Shown piece after piece: positions 49,237 through 61,793 of a stretch of DNA of 64,000 nt (position 1 is its first letter; every line of letters begins with the position of its first letter). Under the pieces are notes generated by a model that saw only the letters and a list, made by a program, of their open reading frames with translations, did not search any database and was not told the origin of the DNA. This DNA comes from Callorhinchus milii (Eukaryota). The position numbers and the translations under genes were made by a program. The stretch lies in NCBI RefSeq assembly GCF_018977255.1, contig NW_024704742.1, positions 102,054,001 through 102,118,000 of the forward strand. Reading direction: 5' to 3'.

Positions 49237-49808
49237 AATAACAACAACAACTTGGATTTATATAGCGCCCTCCATGCCGGATGGCGTCTCAGAGAGCTTT
49301 ACAGTAACGGATCCTGGGGCCGAGCCAGGTGGAGGGGGAGGAAGGTGACTAAAGGCATGGTCGCAAAGAAAGGTCTTCAGCAGAGACCTGAAAATAGGAA
49401 GAGAGGGAGCAAGACGAAAGGAGTGAGGAAGGGAGTTCCAGAGCCTCGGGGCATAGTGGCTGAAGGGCTGCCGAGAGTGGAGCGGAGGACTCGGGGGACG
49501 AGGAGGAGGCCAGACCCAGAGGAATGAAGGCAACGGGTACTGTTTTGAGGAGAGAGGAGGTCAGAGAAGTAGGGGGGTGCAGAGAAGTGGAGGGATTTGA
49601 ATACAAGGGTGAGGATCTTGAAGTCGATCCTCTCTGGGACAGGCAGTCAGTGCAGTCTGGCAAGGACTGGGGTGATCGGGGAGCAGAGTTTGGTACGGGT
49701 GAGAATGCGGGTGGTAGAGTTTTGAATGATCTGGATTTTATGGATAGTAGTGGATGGGAGAACGGCGAGGAGGGCATTAGAGTAGTCCAGCCGAGAGGTG
49801 ACAAAGGC
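49237..49808 (-). mobile_element. LINE2 (tail family 2) 3' fragment, inserted in a SINE tail
   Basis: AFVTSRLDY.., FSHYAPRLWNSLP; tail gagacgccatccggcatggagggcgctatataaatccaag(ttg)n; SINE tail remnants on both sides. Confidence 0.92.
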
Positions 49809-49989
49809 AATAGGAGAGCATCTCAGAGCCCTTTACAAGATATACCTATATCATGTATGTATTGTGACCATACACAAGGATGTCCCAGGATGGAACTGAC
49901 AAGTGTGGTAACTATATTTTATAGGCAAATAATATTTATTATTTATTTGTTATTTATTAAATTATTTATTTATTGCTAAGCATTCCTAG

Positions 49990-50130
49990 GATAGGCAGGG
50001 AAAATATCAGCTAGGGTTTCATCTCCTATTTGTTACTAATGACTCCAGTTAAAAAGCGAATGACTGTTTGGATATTGGGGAGGGAATAGGCTGTGATTTT
50101 CCTTTTTGAAACTCACACACGTTGAATGGT
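49990..50130 (+). mobile_element. LF-SINE-like remnant
   Basis: gggaaaatatcagctagggtttcatctcct...gctgtgat...ctcacacacgttgaatgg, colinear with 63230-63425. Confidence 0.5.
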
Positions 50131-51169
50131 AAAAAGATACAGGAGTTGCAGCACACAATCCATATGCCTCCGGGATAGCAGTATCATGCAGCTTATCAAA
50201 TGGTTTGATGGATACGGTGACTGTGCACTTGGAGATCCCAAGGTTGAACTGGCAACACTGCAAACTATAGGAAGTGGCAGTAGGAAGTGCAGGACAGTCA
50301 ACACCTTTGTGTTTTCTTCCTAGAGGCACAAGCCGAACACAATGTTAATGGATAATTGATCAGATCACGTTGATAGACTAAACTATATTAGTATGATAAA
50401 AGCATGCTTACACATTGGAATCTAATTTGCGAGATTTGCAAAAAGATTAGTGAAGTGCGAGAGCATGGATATGTCATGGTCAACTCTCGAGAATTCCGCT
50501 CAGCTGGTAACTTTAGGGAAATGCGATGGGCACCTGAGCAGGGTTACAGGAGGATGGTCAAAACATGCTCTTATCATGCAGATGCACTCTTTGTAATCCT
50601 TTCGCAAATCTCCCAGTTAAACTGCAGTAATCTATGATGGATGGTCAACCACTGGTTAATGCAAGCATATATTTTATGGCTGGGGGGGACAAAATCATCA
50701 GTGGCTTAGCAGGAGGTGAAGAGTTCCCCCAACCTCTCAGCATGCAGTCTCTGATATGGCTCAGCAGCATTATCTGCCTCGAATCCCATCTTACACTCGA
50801 GTTACCAGCTTTTCACTAACTGCAGCTGCTTATACAAAGGACAGAGATGGATTTAGCTACAATGCAAACTGTCTCCAGGGGATTTATTGACCTTTTGTAC
50901 CAATCAGAAGAAACAAATTAGTAGCAGAACTTCAGCAATTAATTTGTATACCAATGCTGTGAGCAGAATGAAATAGTAATATAGAGACAGACTGCAGCAG
51001 GTTATGTGTCGTCAAACCAGAACTTAAGACTACAATATCTTTTATGGTACACTGCAAATAAGCTCTTGGTCTGCATAGTCTGGACATTGCTTTCATCATG
51101 TGCCGCCACACTGATAAGATCTGGTGTGTTGAATGAAAAGGTTAGAACAACATTAGGGTTTTAGCATTT

Positions 51170-51545
51170 AAAGTCTTTTTCAAAACGACTTTAGAATGCG
51201 GAACTTCTTGTCACAAAGTTGAGTCCATAAGAGCATCTAAAGAAGTCTGAGATGCTACCCTGTATGAGGGGTGCTATATAAATGCAAGTTGTTGTTTTAA
51301 AGGAGGAATGGATCAATACCTAAGGAAAAATTATATGAAAGGTATGAGAAACCAGCAGGGTAATGGAATGTCAAATATTACAAAGTATTTCTTTACCTAG
51401 AGGAATGGGATTCCACGAGGGATGTTGAGTCCAGACAATGAACTCATTTAAAAAACAATTTGATGCTGTGATGGTAGGACGGTAGGTGGATGTTGTGGAA
51501 GGATGAGATCAAATGGGCTGAAGGGCGTTCTTCATCTGAATCTCT
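51170..51545 (+). mobile_element. CR1 3' fragments with a nested short L2 tail (about 51240-51297)
   Basis: tcatttaaaaaacaatttgatgctgtgatgg..gatgagatcaaatgggctgaaggg, similar to 16020-16150. Confidence 0.65.
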
Positions 51546-54500
51546 CCTTTGATCTTATAAATTTTCTTTGAATCCATAAATTGAGGAGAGGAAGGGGTTA
51601 ATGTCTGGATTCTACCTCTCAATTTTCTGATCTGCTCACTCCTGATTTGACACGAGTTCAATGAACCAAATTTGAGGTAGGTCACTGTCTTTAATAGGGA
51701 CTTATGGAGAACATCAATACTAAAAAAAAATGGAAACCTCATATATTAGTGACTAATAACCAACATCAGTATTCCTTGAATAAATTTAGAAAGGTTATTT
51801 TCAATGCTTGAAAAAAGATCTCCACCAAGTGAGAATCTAAGATAGTGATGCACAGGGTGTTTCCGTGGATTTAGATGTTCCATTATTCAGAAGTCGGGTC
51901 GGGATATTAAAGTACATTTATGGATGTACCTTAAAGAATTAACGGAATGTGTTAAGGAATCCCGCAGTCCTCACCTCTATTTGTTTGTTAATTTTGTTCA
52001 TTAATTTCTACTATGGACATTTGTTTCCACTTCTCCATCAACAAGTGAACATGTCATGTCCTCCTTCAGAACATCTGAAACCAATGCTGCCAAGACACTG
52101 GACTCACATAAACATTTATGTGGGCTGGGTGGAAACTGTGTCAAAGCATAATGTCAAGTTAGAGAGGTTAGAGTGCAGGAAAGGCAATACTGTGCAATGC
52201 TGTTTGAAACAACTGATGGGATTGTGCAAAACCAGTTGATTCCAAAAAGCCCAAAAGATATTTAAAGCATAATCTGGAATCCGTGCCAAATTCCTTGGTC
52301 ACGCATATGATAACGCCAGGTGCAAGTTTAAGCCATTAAATGGATACTACAGAAGATCTTGCAGCCTATATGGGGTTAAGCAGACAGTGAAATAGGTGTT
52401 CATTAACAAAGAGGCAGAAGGAAAAGGATCTGGTTGTGATTATTGATTATTTCCACTGAATGGGATTGAAAGTGCATATGTAATGGTTTCAGTGACCCCA
52501 TGATTCTGGGGAAAGGGTCTTGGGATGTAAAGTACATCTTTTAAAGGGAATCTAGTGTATGTCATGCCAACTCACAAGAACTCAACTCCGAGGAGATCTT
52601 AAGTTGGAGCCAAATTTTGGAGGGTTGGCATGATACATGGGTTTTTCTGCATGAGACACCCTTGATGTTCTGAAGCACTTTTTCCAATCCTGAAATTTCA
52701 TTTATGCTGCTCTTTTCCAGATAAGCAGTTGTTTCAATCCTAGTGTGGAGCTGCTATCAGCAAAGCTATTCCAGTACAACATTGTCAAATAAAATTATAC
52801 AGAGAATACTTCAGAATGTCCTTGTTGAGTGAAAGCCCCAGAAGGTCTTCCAACTGAGTTGCTCTGGAATGTTCATCATTACTTGTTTGTAAGGGAGCAT
52901 TTGAATTTGGTCTTAAAATATATTTTGTTTGAAACATTTTGTTTAAACATTAAGCAATTTTATAAAAGTTGCACTGGAGCTATTGGATTCATTATCATAA
53001 GTGCTCATAATTCGGTCAACACATTGCTGGACACTGTATGACTGTAGAGGTAACCAAATAGTTGCCTGGAAATATCCTCTGTAACTTCCTCATGAAAATA
53101 AGACAAAAAAGGTTGTTTTCTAAAGCTACTGCTTTGAGTTGGACATAACACTATCCAATTCAGTAATCAAAATGTAATCAATACTTGCATTCTTTCCCAA
53201 ATGTAAGTTATTGGAGAGCTTATGCATAGCAACCAACAGCAGAAAATGGTTTCCAGACTTGCTGCATCGTACCTGAAGACTTGAATCAAATGTCAGTCAG
53301 AATCTGATCTTGGAGACGTGAAACAGCTTGACATGTCAGTGGTAGATTTGGCTTAAAAATATATATTGATGATTAGATGATGCTGCAATTCATCACTTAG
53401 ATATATATTCATTACCAAAGCTTAAACAACACTTTTAAGTGTCTCACCAGGTATTATATTCTGTGGTGATACATCATTGTCACCAATAGAAACAGTTCCT
53501 GTCCAATATCTTCAATTAAACCTTTAGTTCCTCTCGGGATATTGCTGAATACGAGTGACATATTCAATAATAACCTTTCGCAGTTGTATTCTTTGAACAT
53601 TATGTATCAGTGAATCATAATATTGTTTTTATTTATACTGGCTAGCCGATCAATAGCTCTTACAAGTAAAATCATTTTAGTGCTGTCTGAGTCAAATAAT
53701 TGTAATGTTTACTGGCAGTATGATTTTCGAGGACTAGATTGACTTTCACATAATAAACTGGCGATCATTATTTTGCAATCATTACATCTTCGGTGGAGAG
53801 AACATTTCACATCAATAGCATTCCAACCACCCCAGAAAACCTCACTAAATCCACTTTCCCTAGTAGTTTCAGTCAGAGCATCCTGGGTCCTCGTTCTCAT
53901 TACTATGTGATGATCTTTACTATAAAGTACATAGTCGGAGACTTAAATCTTCATAGACTTAAGCCTTAAATGCATTGTCCTACAATTTATATTTGTGTAG
54001 AATTTGCCAAATTCTTAAATTCAGTTTTAATTCGGAAGTCTGTTTCTTACAGTTATTAAAGTAGATTTTTAAGGTACTTTTTAAAGTAGATGCAAAGTAT
54101 AATATTTAAGAGATGAGAGAATGATGCAGTAATCAGAGATGAGTAGTGACGCATAGGATTCAGAGACATCATTTATCATGTAGATAGTTGAAGCTGGAAA
54201 CAGTTAAAATTTATTTCCTGTGCATTTTACAAAGACACAAAGTCATGTGGATACAATCAATGATTCACACAATCCCACGAAAAGTGCAGGGCGTTCCCAC
54301 AACACTGGTGATTAACGCGATTCCTTCCTGTCCTGGGAGATCTCTGTCAGTTTCCTCTCCTTTCCTGATTAGATATACTTCCTGATGTTCTTCACCAGCC
54401 CTGGAGCTTCCTGAAGTTGAATGGTGAAGGACCCAACCAGGGTTTAATGATGTAAACTACTTACCCAAGCAACCAGCTATGGTGCTCTTCCTTCCTGAAA

Positions 54501-55009
54501 CCACTAAAATAACATGATGATTTTTTTCCTTGAAGCAAAGTGATACTGCACATGGATATTCAAACTGAAGACTCACATCTGGACATAAAATTTCTCATGT
54601 TCTTATGGTTGTTTTAACATTTAAGATCAGATGGAATTGTGAATAACAGCTTTAAATTTAATCTTAATTTAGACACCATTTTTCCACAATACTTTGACGG
54701 TGCTGCAAAGATTTGGCTTTCGAATTAAAACAAGACTATTCTAATATTTTGCACAATCTTACATTTTATCCCAATGGTTTGGACCCTAGTGCAGTCTAAT
54801 ATGTATGGTTTGTAATGGTAACATGAGATTCTGGATTGGGTTCCAAATGGATTGTCACGAACAATTTAGTTTGAGTTTTAATATATGATTTACACATTTC
54901 AGCTTTCTCTTTTGGCACTCGAGTGAAGTCACTCAATCTTGTTCTTAATTGAGGATGTACATATTTTGCATTTAAATAAAACTACCTTTGGAGATTTCTT
55001 GAAAGTTGC

Positions 55010-55145
55010 AAGATCACAAGAGAGGTTTAGATGAAGGATGCCCTTTAGCTCGTTCAATCATACCCTTCCAGATGCTACCATTCTCCCATTACAGCATCAA
55101 ACTGTTTCTTAAATAAGTTCTGCATCCTGGACCTCAACGACCAAA
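55010..55145 (-). mobile_element. CR1 3' end
   Basis: gatgaaggatgccctttagctcg..cagcatcaaactgtttcttaaat resembles the reverse complement of the 16020-16150 family. Confidence 0.65.
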
Positions 55146-56091
55146 TTTCTTACAGTGGGGTCAAAAATATGATCTTAGCAGACAGACCTGAACAGAGCTG
55201 CTAATTAGGTTCATGGAATGCTGAATGGTGAATCATAACTAGTTTCCTCTAATTCTCTATGACTCTATGGAGCACCTTAAAACAAGAAACAAAGAGTTGA
55301 CTATACCTGACACATTTCCTTGAAATTTCTACTTTATATAGTCGGGCAGCCCTTCACATACTTATGATACTCTCAATCATTATCATATCCCATACTGATT
55401 TTTTCAACCCAATTGTGCTATTGAACACTTTAGAGTATTACAGTATCAACTCTGAAATAAATTAAGTGAAAAAAATATATGTTCCAAAAGGCAAACATAA
55501 TTTTAATTTGAAGAGCTGCTGGCTCCATTGTTGTTGAGAGACAGGATTTAAGGGCGAAGTTTCTTGCAATTCTAAGAGGTGCTAAAACAAAAAGAAAATC
55601 ATTGAAAAAGTTTTCACCGAAGCAGCTGAAGCATGTGGTATGGCTTGTACGTCTGAGGTGATTTGCACAGCACCTTTTAAACAGGGATTTAAGAACAGGC
55701 TGTTACTGACTGTTCTGGGACCTGAGCCAACTGCAGTACTGCAGGAAGTGTGACCCGTCATGTCCTCTCCATATAATAACTGCTGTGGCTGCAGCCCCTG
55801 TGACCTGCAGCTCACTCTGAAATGTCCTTGGCAAGTGCGCAATGTTATGTAGCTATACATAACTTAGGTTAATAGCTTCCTCAGCTTAACATTCAACTGC
55901 ACTTGTAAACTATTATTTGTATTCTGATCGAACTCAGTGCAAACTTAATTCTTTTTATGAAAATTTATAATAAGAGATAAAATGGAGGCATTAACACTCT
56001 TTCAAGGAACTGGACAGGTGTTGCCAAATCAGCAGATATGTGCAAGTGAAGGGCAAGGACACGTCGAGAGCTGAGCACTGCTGAAGAAGAG

Positions 56092-56260
56092 CAACAACAA
56101 TTTGTACTTGCAAAACACCTTTCACACAGGGACATCTCAAAGCGCTTTACAAAGACTGAATGAGAGCCCAAGTTTGGAGCAAGCTGGGGAGAGGGGAGGG
56201 GAGGGTGGTGGTGTGGTGGGGGAGGTGGCTGAAAATGTGATCAAAGAAGTAGATCTTCAG
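56092..56260 (-). mobile_element. Short L2 3' fragment
   Basis: caacaacaatttgtacttgc tail; minus-strand FLKIYFFDHIFS. Confidence 0.7.
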
Positions 56261-57134
56261 GAAAGTGAAATTAAAGAAAACAATGTCCAGATTGTCTGGA
56301 TTTATATAGAAATCACGTTGGAAGAGCAAGTTTAGGCTCAGGTCACTGACATGGCAATGACATTGACCTAACTCTCAAAAGAGATGACTATTGGGGGGAA
56401 AGTGTGCCTACCCAGCCCCGGTGGCACAACAATTGATTGATGCACGTCAGTGCCCACATGCTCTGAACCAGCTTTTTAATTTCAAAACTGAAAAATATTT
56501 ATCAATGAAAGGGTTAATGTGTGCTACCAGCTATCATTTTTTGTTGAGTTTAAAAATAGAGCATAAGGTTAACATAACTCACAATTACTCAGAAAGATTT
56601 ATTGTGAAAGCAAATGCCTGAGGTCACTTTTACCACTGAATAAAGTCTGTCCTGAGAGACCTGAGAGGGTATTTTCGGGTTGCCTGATTTCTATCTGCAA
56701 ACATAACAGTTTTCCATCAGAATCAGCCTTTTGTGAGTGCTTTTATCAGCGTGCCAAAGCCTATTGTGTCATGCATGAAGAAACCCTATAGTATTTTGAC
56801 ACTTTCTTGAAAGAGCTGTACACCAACAGCACCATTATGCTGGTCCGATGATTCTAACTTCAGTTTAAATAAGTCCTTGCTGTTTTCTTTAAAAATAGTG
56901 TAGGAATGTTCCTTCTTCTCCACCTGGACTGATTACTATCTATATGGGTGGGCTGAGGGAATTGTGGCTATATGCAGACACTGACCCCATTTCCCAGACA
57001 AAGTCGGTAAATTCACAAGAAATTTGTTACTGCACCTGAACTGGACACAGTATGGAGCTAGAGGGATCGGTAATTGCTGTAAATTGCAAATTACTTGTAT
57101 TCACAAAACAATTCAAAATATTTGAAAACATTTG

Positions 57135-57320
57135 CTTCCACCTTTCTCCCCTCACTCTTTCACTTACTTGTCAGACATCAAGTCCTGAATGAGCTCTAAC
57201 TTCCTTCAGTTTAGGCATGGACAAGACCCGAGGCTCTCCTGCTTGCTCCTGCGAGTGCTTGCTCACCTCAGTCGCTGGTAGCATCAACCTTCATGGTTGC
57301 GTACTGCACCTCGCTTGATG
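57135..57320 (+). mobile_element. Old L2 internal fragment
   Basis: ttgtcagacatcaagtcctgaatgagctctaacttccttcag..gacaagacccgaggctctcc (LSDIKSW..NFLQL..KTEALL). Confidence 0.75.
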
Positions 57321-57365
57321 ACCAACTTTCCTTCAGACGCCACTTGAATTATTATTATAATTATT

Positions 57366-57752
57366 AGTGTCAGCCTGGCTTAGTGGTAGCACTCTCGCCT
57401 CTTGAGTCAGAAGGTTATGGGTTCAAATTCTTTGTTGGGTTTTGGAATCACATTGTCTAAGGTGACACTCCAATGCAGTGCTGCAAGTTGCTGCATTGTC
57501 AGAGATGCCGTCCTTCGGATGAGATGTGGATGTTAAAGATCCCGTAGCACTATTCGAAAAGACAAGGGAGATTCTCCCAGTGTCCCTGCCAACAAATTCC
57601 CCAAATGAAATTAACTCCAGGGCTGTTTGTTGGACATTACTGTGTACAACTGGCTGTTGTATTTCACGCACAAAATACACAGTCAATCTATTTAATAATA
57701 TATTCTGTGAAGTGCTTTGAGATGTCTCAATGACGCGATAAGTCACTATATC
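57366..57752 (+). mobile_element. SINE-A, tail truncated by the adjacent L2
   Basis: tgtcagcctggcttagtggtagcactctcgcctc; gatgttaaagatcccgtagcactattcg. Confidence 0.9.
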
Positions 57753-58052
57753 AACAACAAAAATATATTTGTATAGCGCCTTTCACTTCGGGAGGATATC
57801 CTAAGGTGCTGGACAGTCAGAGATTTGGACCTGAGCAGGGGGAGGCAAGGGAGGGAGTGAGCGAAGGGACTGTGGGATGGAGTTCCAAAAGGTGGGGCCA
57901 GAGAAGCTGAAGGCCTGACTGCTGGTGGGTTGGGCGAGGCAGAGGACATGGAGCAGGCCAGAGCCTGCTGAGCACAGGGAGTTCACAGGTTGATATGATG
58001 TTAGCTAGTTATAGAGGTAAGAGGAGCAAAGAGTGGAGAGCTTTGAAAGCGA
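57752..58052 (-). mobile_element. LINE2 3' fragment
   Basis: SAGSGLLHV..QAFSFSGPTFWNSIPQSLR; tail. Confidence 0.85.
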
Positions 58053-58104
58053 GGATTATTATGATTATTATCCATTCAGCTTTCCCTCACATCTGCAACA
58101 TTTC

Positions 58105-58665
58105 CCACCTCCCCATTACCTCTCCCCTTGGGTCACTAAGGACCTCATTCATGCAGGCTTTACTACACTAACACCCTGCTCAACCTGCTCTTCCCTCCTC
58201 AGGCTAGAAAACAGTGTGCCATTCACCCCATTCTTCTTCAGCGCCACTGGTTCCCCATCTCTCAGCAGTTCAAATTCAAGATCCTCGTTATCACCTTGAA
58301 ATCCCTCCATGTTCTCACCCCACCCTATCTTCATGACCTCCTTCAACTCTTTCAACTCAGCTGTTTCCCCCCACCAGTCAGGGAACTCTGACCTGCATCA
58401 TGTCCGCCTACCCTAACTGCTCCACCATTTGCAGGCGGGCTTTCAACCATTCTGCCCCCACTCTCTGGAATTCCATCCATGAGTCCTTCCAACTCTTTCC
58501 CTCCCTTACCTCAGTGAAGCTCCATCTCAAGATGTACATCTTTGATGATCATCTTTCCCCTCCCCAACCCCTTTGGTTTTCACTCGCCAGCTCTGGTGCC
58601 CAGCCAGCATTGTCAAGCACTTTGAGATGTCCTCCAGACACAAAAGGCACTATAAACTGTATTTG
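58105..58665 (+). mobile_element. Old LINE2 3' fragment
   Basis: HWFPI..QFKIL; RRAFNHSAPTLWNSI..KLHLKMYIFD. Confidence 0.85.
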
Positions 58666-58945
58666 GTACTGTATTGTCAAGGGATCTGTAATGTCCTCCT
58701 GAACAGGCAAATGGGACCAGAGTTTAATGTCTTGTTAGAGGAATGGTACCTCTGACAATGCAGCGCTGTTCCAGAAATACAGTGGCAGCCTATTCCATGA
58801 GTCTTAACATACGGAATATCATGCCATAATGAGTTTGGCCAGTATTTAGTAAAAATGTAAAATAGTATAAGAGATATAGAGTGGGATTATATTTTTTATA
58901 AAATTTGGGACCACAATTATCTTTTTCGGTCCTGTACATTCCTAT

Positions 58946-59268
58946 ATGGCGTCCTGTAGCTCAGTAGTTAGAGCACTTGCCTTGCAAGCGAGACACCTGG
59001 GTTCAATTTCAGGTAGGTCGAAACCTTGGGCAAGTTTCCTTACACCACACGCCTAATAATAATCCCTCCAAAACAAAGCAATAATAAATTGGTCATTTTC
59101 AATCCACGACTGTTTGTGGGACACTGCTGTGCGCAATTGGCTGCCGCGTTTCACCCACAAACATATAGTCAATTCACTTTACAGCATATTCTGTGAAGCG
59201 CTTTGAGACATCTAGAAGACATGAAAAGAGCTATATCAAATGCAAAGATTATTATTATTATTATTATA
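58946..59268 (+). mobile_element. SINE-B, short form
   Basis: gtcctgtagctcagtagttagagcacttgccttgcaagcgag; (tta)n tail. Confidence 0.92.
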
Positions 59269-59548
59269 TTGCTAGGAAAGGAAAGCTAAACCTTCTTATT
59301 CACAGTGGCATGGATTATCATTGGGCAGTTGTATTCCTCTGAAATGTTGGGTTGAAATATCATGTTGGTTTAAGGAAACAACATTTAATGATCTTGCATT
59401 GTTATTAGTTTGGTCATTAAGATAGGAGGAGCAGAGGTTTCCTGCTTTGGAATAATAAGCTGATAGGACAGGATATCAGTTGCCTGAATTGATTGTACAT
59501 CAAGTACCCAGCCCATAAGAGCTGTGTTGTCACGAGATAGATCACCAG

Positions 59549-59858
59549 ATAATAATAATAATGATCCTTGCATTTGATATAGCGCTTTTCACGTCGGGAG
59601 GATGTCCCAAAGCGCTTCGCAGAACACACTGTAAAGTGAATTGACTGTATATTTGTGGGCGAACGCGGCAGCCAATTGCACACAGCAATGTCCCACAAAC
59701 AGCGGTAGATTGAAAATGACCAATTTATTATTGTTTTTGGTTTTGGAGGGATTATTATTAGGCGTGTGGAGTAAGGAAACTTGCCCAAGGTTTTGCCCTG
59801 CCTGGAATTGAACTCAGGTCTCTCGCTTGCAAAGCGAGTGCTCTAATCACTGAGCTAC
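59549..59858 (-). mobile_element. SINE-B, short young form
   Basis: Reverse complement closely matches 33082-33396. Confidence 0.92.
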
Positions 59859-60099
59859 ACTGTGATGGAGTCTATCGTGGATATTTGCTAAATCTAACGG
59901 TCATCGGTTCCTTCTTTACAATGGGAAATCACAGAAAATTTCACTGATGGATGATTTGATGCTGCACCCTAACCCTAATCCTAAATGTTTCCTGCCTCTG
60001 AAAATATATCCTTTTATATAGGCTTGTTTTATTTCCAATTCTCTCCCCTATTCTCCCGCGGACACTTGCTCACAGTGGGGAGCATCAATCATGATTTGG

Positions 60100-60420
60100 T
60101 ACTTCATCCCATCTAATCTTTATGTGGGAGACTCAAACAATGAGTGTCTGTTGGGGGTAGGGGGAGCTTACAGTTGAGCTAGATCCTGTATTGACTCACT
60201 CTCTGTACGGTGCTTTCCAAGAGGGATGACAGGATGTAAATCTGCAGGAAAGAAAACCAGAGCTGATTTTATTTCTTCCCTCTCATCTGTTACCCCACTT
60301 ATCGAACTCCCACTGCTGCTTTAAGTGAGATCAGATAGCTCATGCAGGGCTCAAGTGTGGGTCTTCCTGATATGTATGGCTCGGTTCCACTCCATGCATT
60401 CAGTTTATCCATCTAACCAT
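60100..60420 (-). mobile_element. LF-SINE-like element
   Basis: accagagctgatttt..gagatcagatagctc..cttcctgatatgtatggctcgg. Confidence 0.55.
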
Positions 60421-61204
60421 TATATGTGGACAAGTAATGGGTTTTACATTCAATTTCAATGTAACATCAACTGTATGATGAATGAACCCCAAGATACAGA
60501 TGTTTCTGCGATTTATTTGCTATATTTCATTTCAGCTTTTTTTTATGACTGAAAACAAAGAGAACAGATAAGCCAGGATAGTGTCTGTGTAAAACGTTAG
60601 AGCAGGACTTCTTTTAAGTTTTTAAACTTATTATTTTCCATTTCAGCTTTTCAACTTCTCATCATAATGGTAAGAAATGTTTTTCTCTCTTCAGTGTCAG
60701 TGTGTTTTTCAGTATCACTGTATGGTTTTCTATGCCCCTGCAGTCTGCATTCCCTGCGTAAACATTTCGTTTTCAATGAAAGCCAAATGGTGAAAATGCC
60801 ACGAGTGCATGTGGCAGCATAATCCGAGAAGCCCTGAGGGATATTAAAGGAGGTCAGCCAGGCTAGATGTACAAGCTGCCCTGTGCTGACCCACAAATTT
60901 AATAAACCAAGGAAAGAGATACCACCCAGACAACTCACAAGGCCACATGCTAAGCGTAATAAGAGAAAAAAGGGAAAATGCAAAAAGATGTAAAAAAAAT
61001 CCTGTGTATTAATATAAAACTGCTGTCAGAGAATTGTTGTGCTCCCAAGGTCAAAAGCTGAAAATATGTTTTATAATATCTCTTCAGCGTCTTCGTCTTC
61101 TATCCTCTGACCTCCTCAACCTTCTCATCCCTTACTTACAACAACAACAACCTAACCCAATCAGGAGGGCCTCAGTCTTGTTCACATTCAACTTTAAGAA
61201 ATTT

Positions 61205-61793
61205 GCCCTCATCCATCCCCACATCCGATCCCTGACCCGTACTGCCTTCCTCAACCACCGCCACATTGTCCACTTCTGACTTTACCTTATCCCAGACACA
61301 GCCGAAACACTCATCCATGCGTTTGTCACCTCCCGACTCAACATTTCAAATGCGCTCTTTGCTGGTCTCCCCAGCACGAGTTGCAAAGGATCCAGCTGAT
61401 CCAAACTCCGCCGCCCGCATACTCACCTACACTAAACACCATACCCCCATCACACACATCAGTTCTAGCCAGGCTCCACTTACCCCCCAACCCACAACCT
61501 GCTGCCTCCGCTCGACTGGCTCTGGCCTTCTGCATCTCCCTTGTGCCCTCCATTCCACAATTGGTGGCTGCACTTTCAACTATTACATCCGAAACTCAGG
61601 AACACTCTTCCTCCATCCCTCCATCTTGCACCTTCCTTCCCTATCTTCAGATCGCACCTGAAGATCTTCCTCTTCATCTGTCCCTACAGTTACCTACCCC
61701 TCCTCCCAGCTCGATGTTGTGCTCCGCCACTGTCAAGCACTCTGGGACACTATCCTGCATGAGGGGCACTATATAAATGGATGTTTTTGTTGT
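61205..61793 (+). mobile_element. LINE2 (tail family 2) 3' fragment
   Basis: HIRSLTRTAF..AETLIHAFVTSRL..IQNSAARIL; tail gggacactatcctgcatgaggggcactatataaatg. Confidence 0.9.

Noticed and set aside
59964..59984. Telomere-like ccctaaccctaatcctaa
   Set aside because: Only about 3 imperfect units; too short to call an interstitial telomeric sequence.
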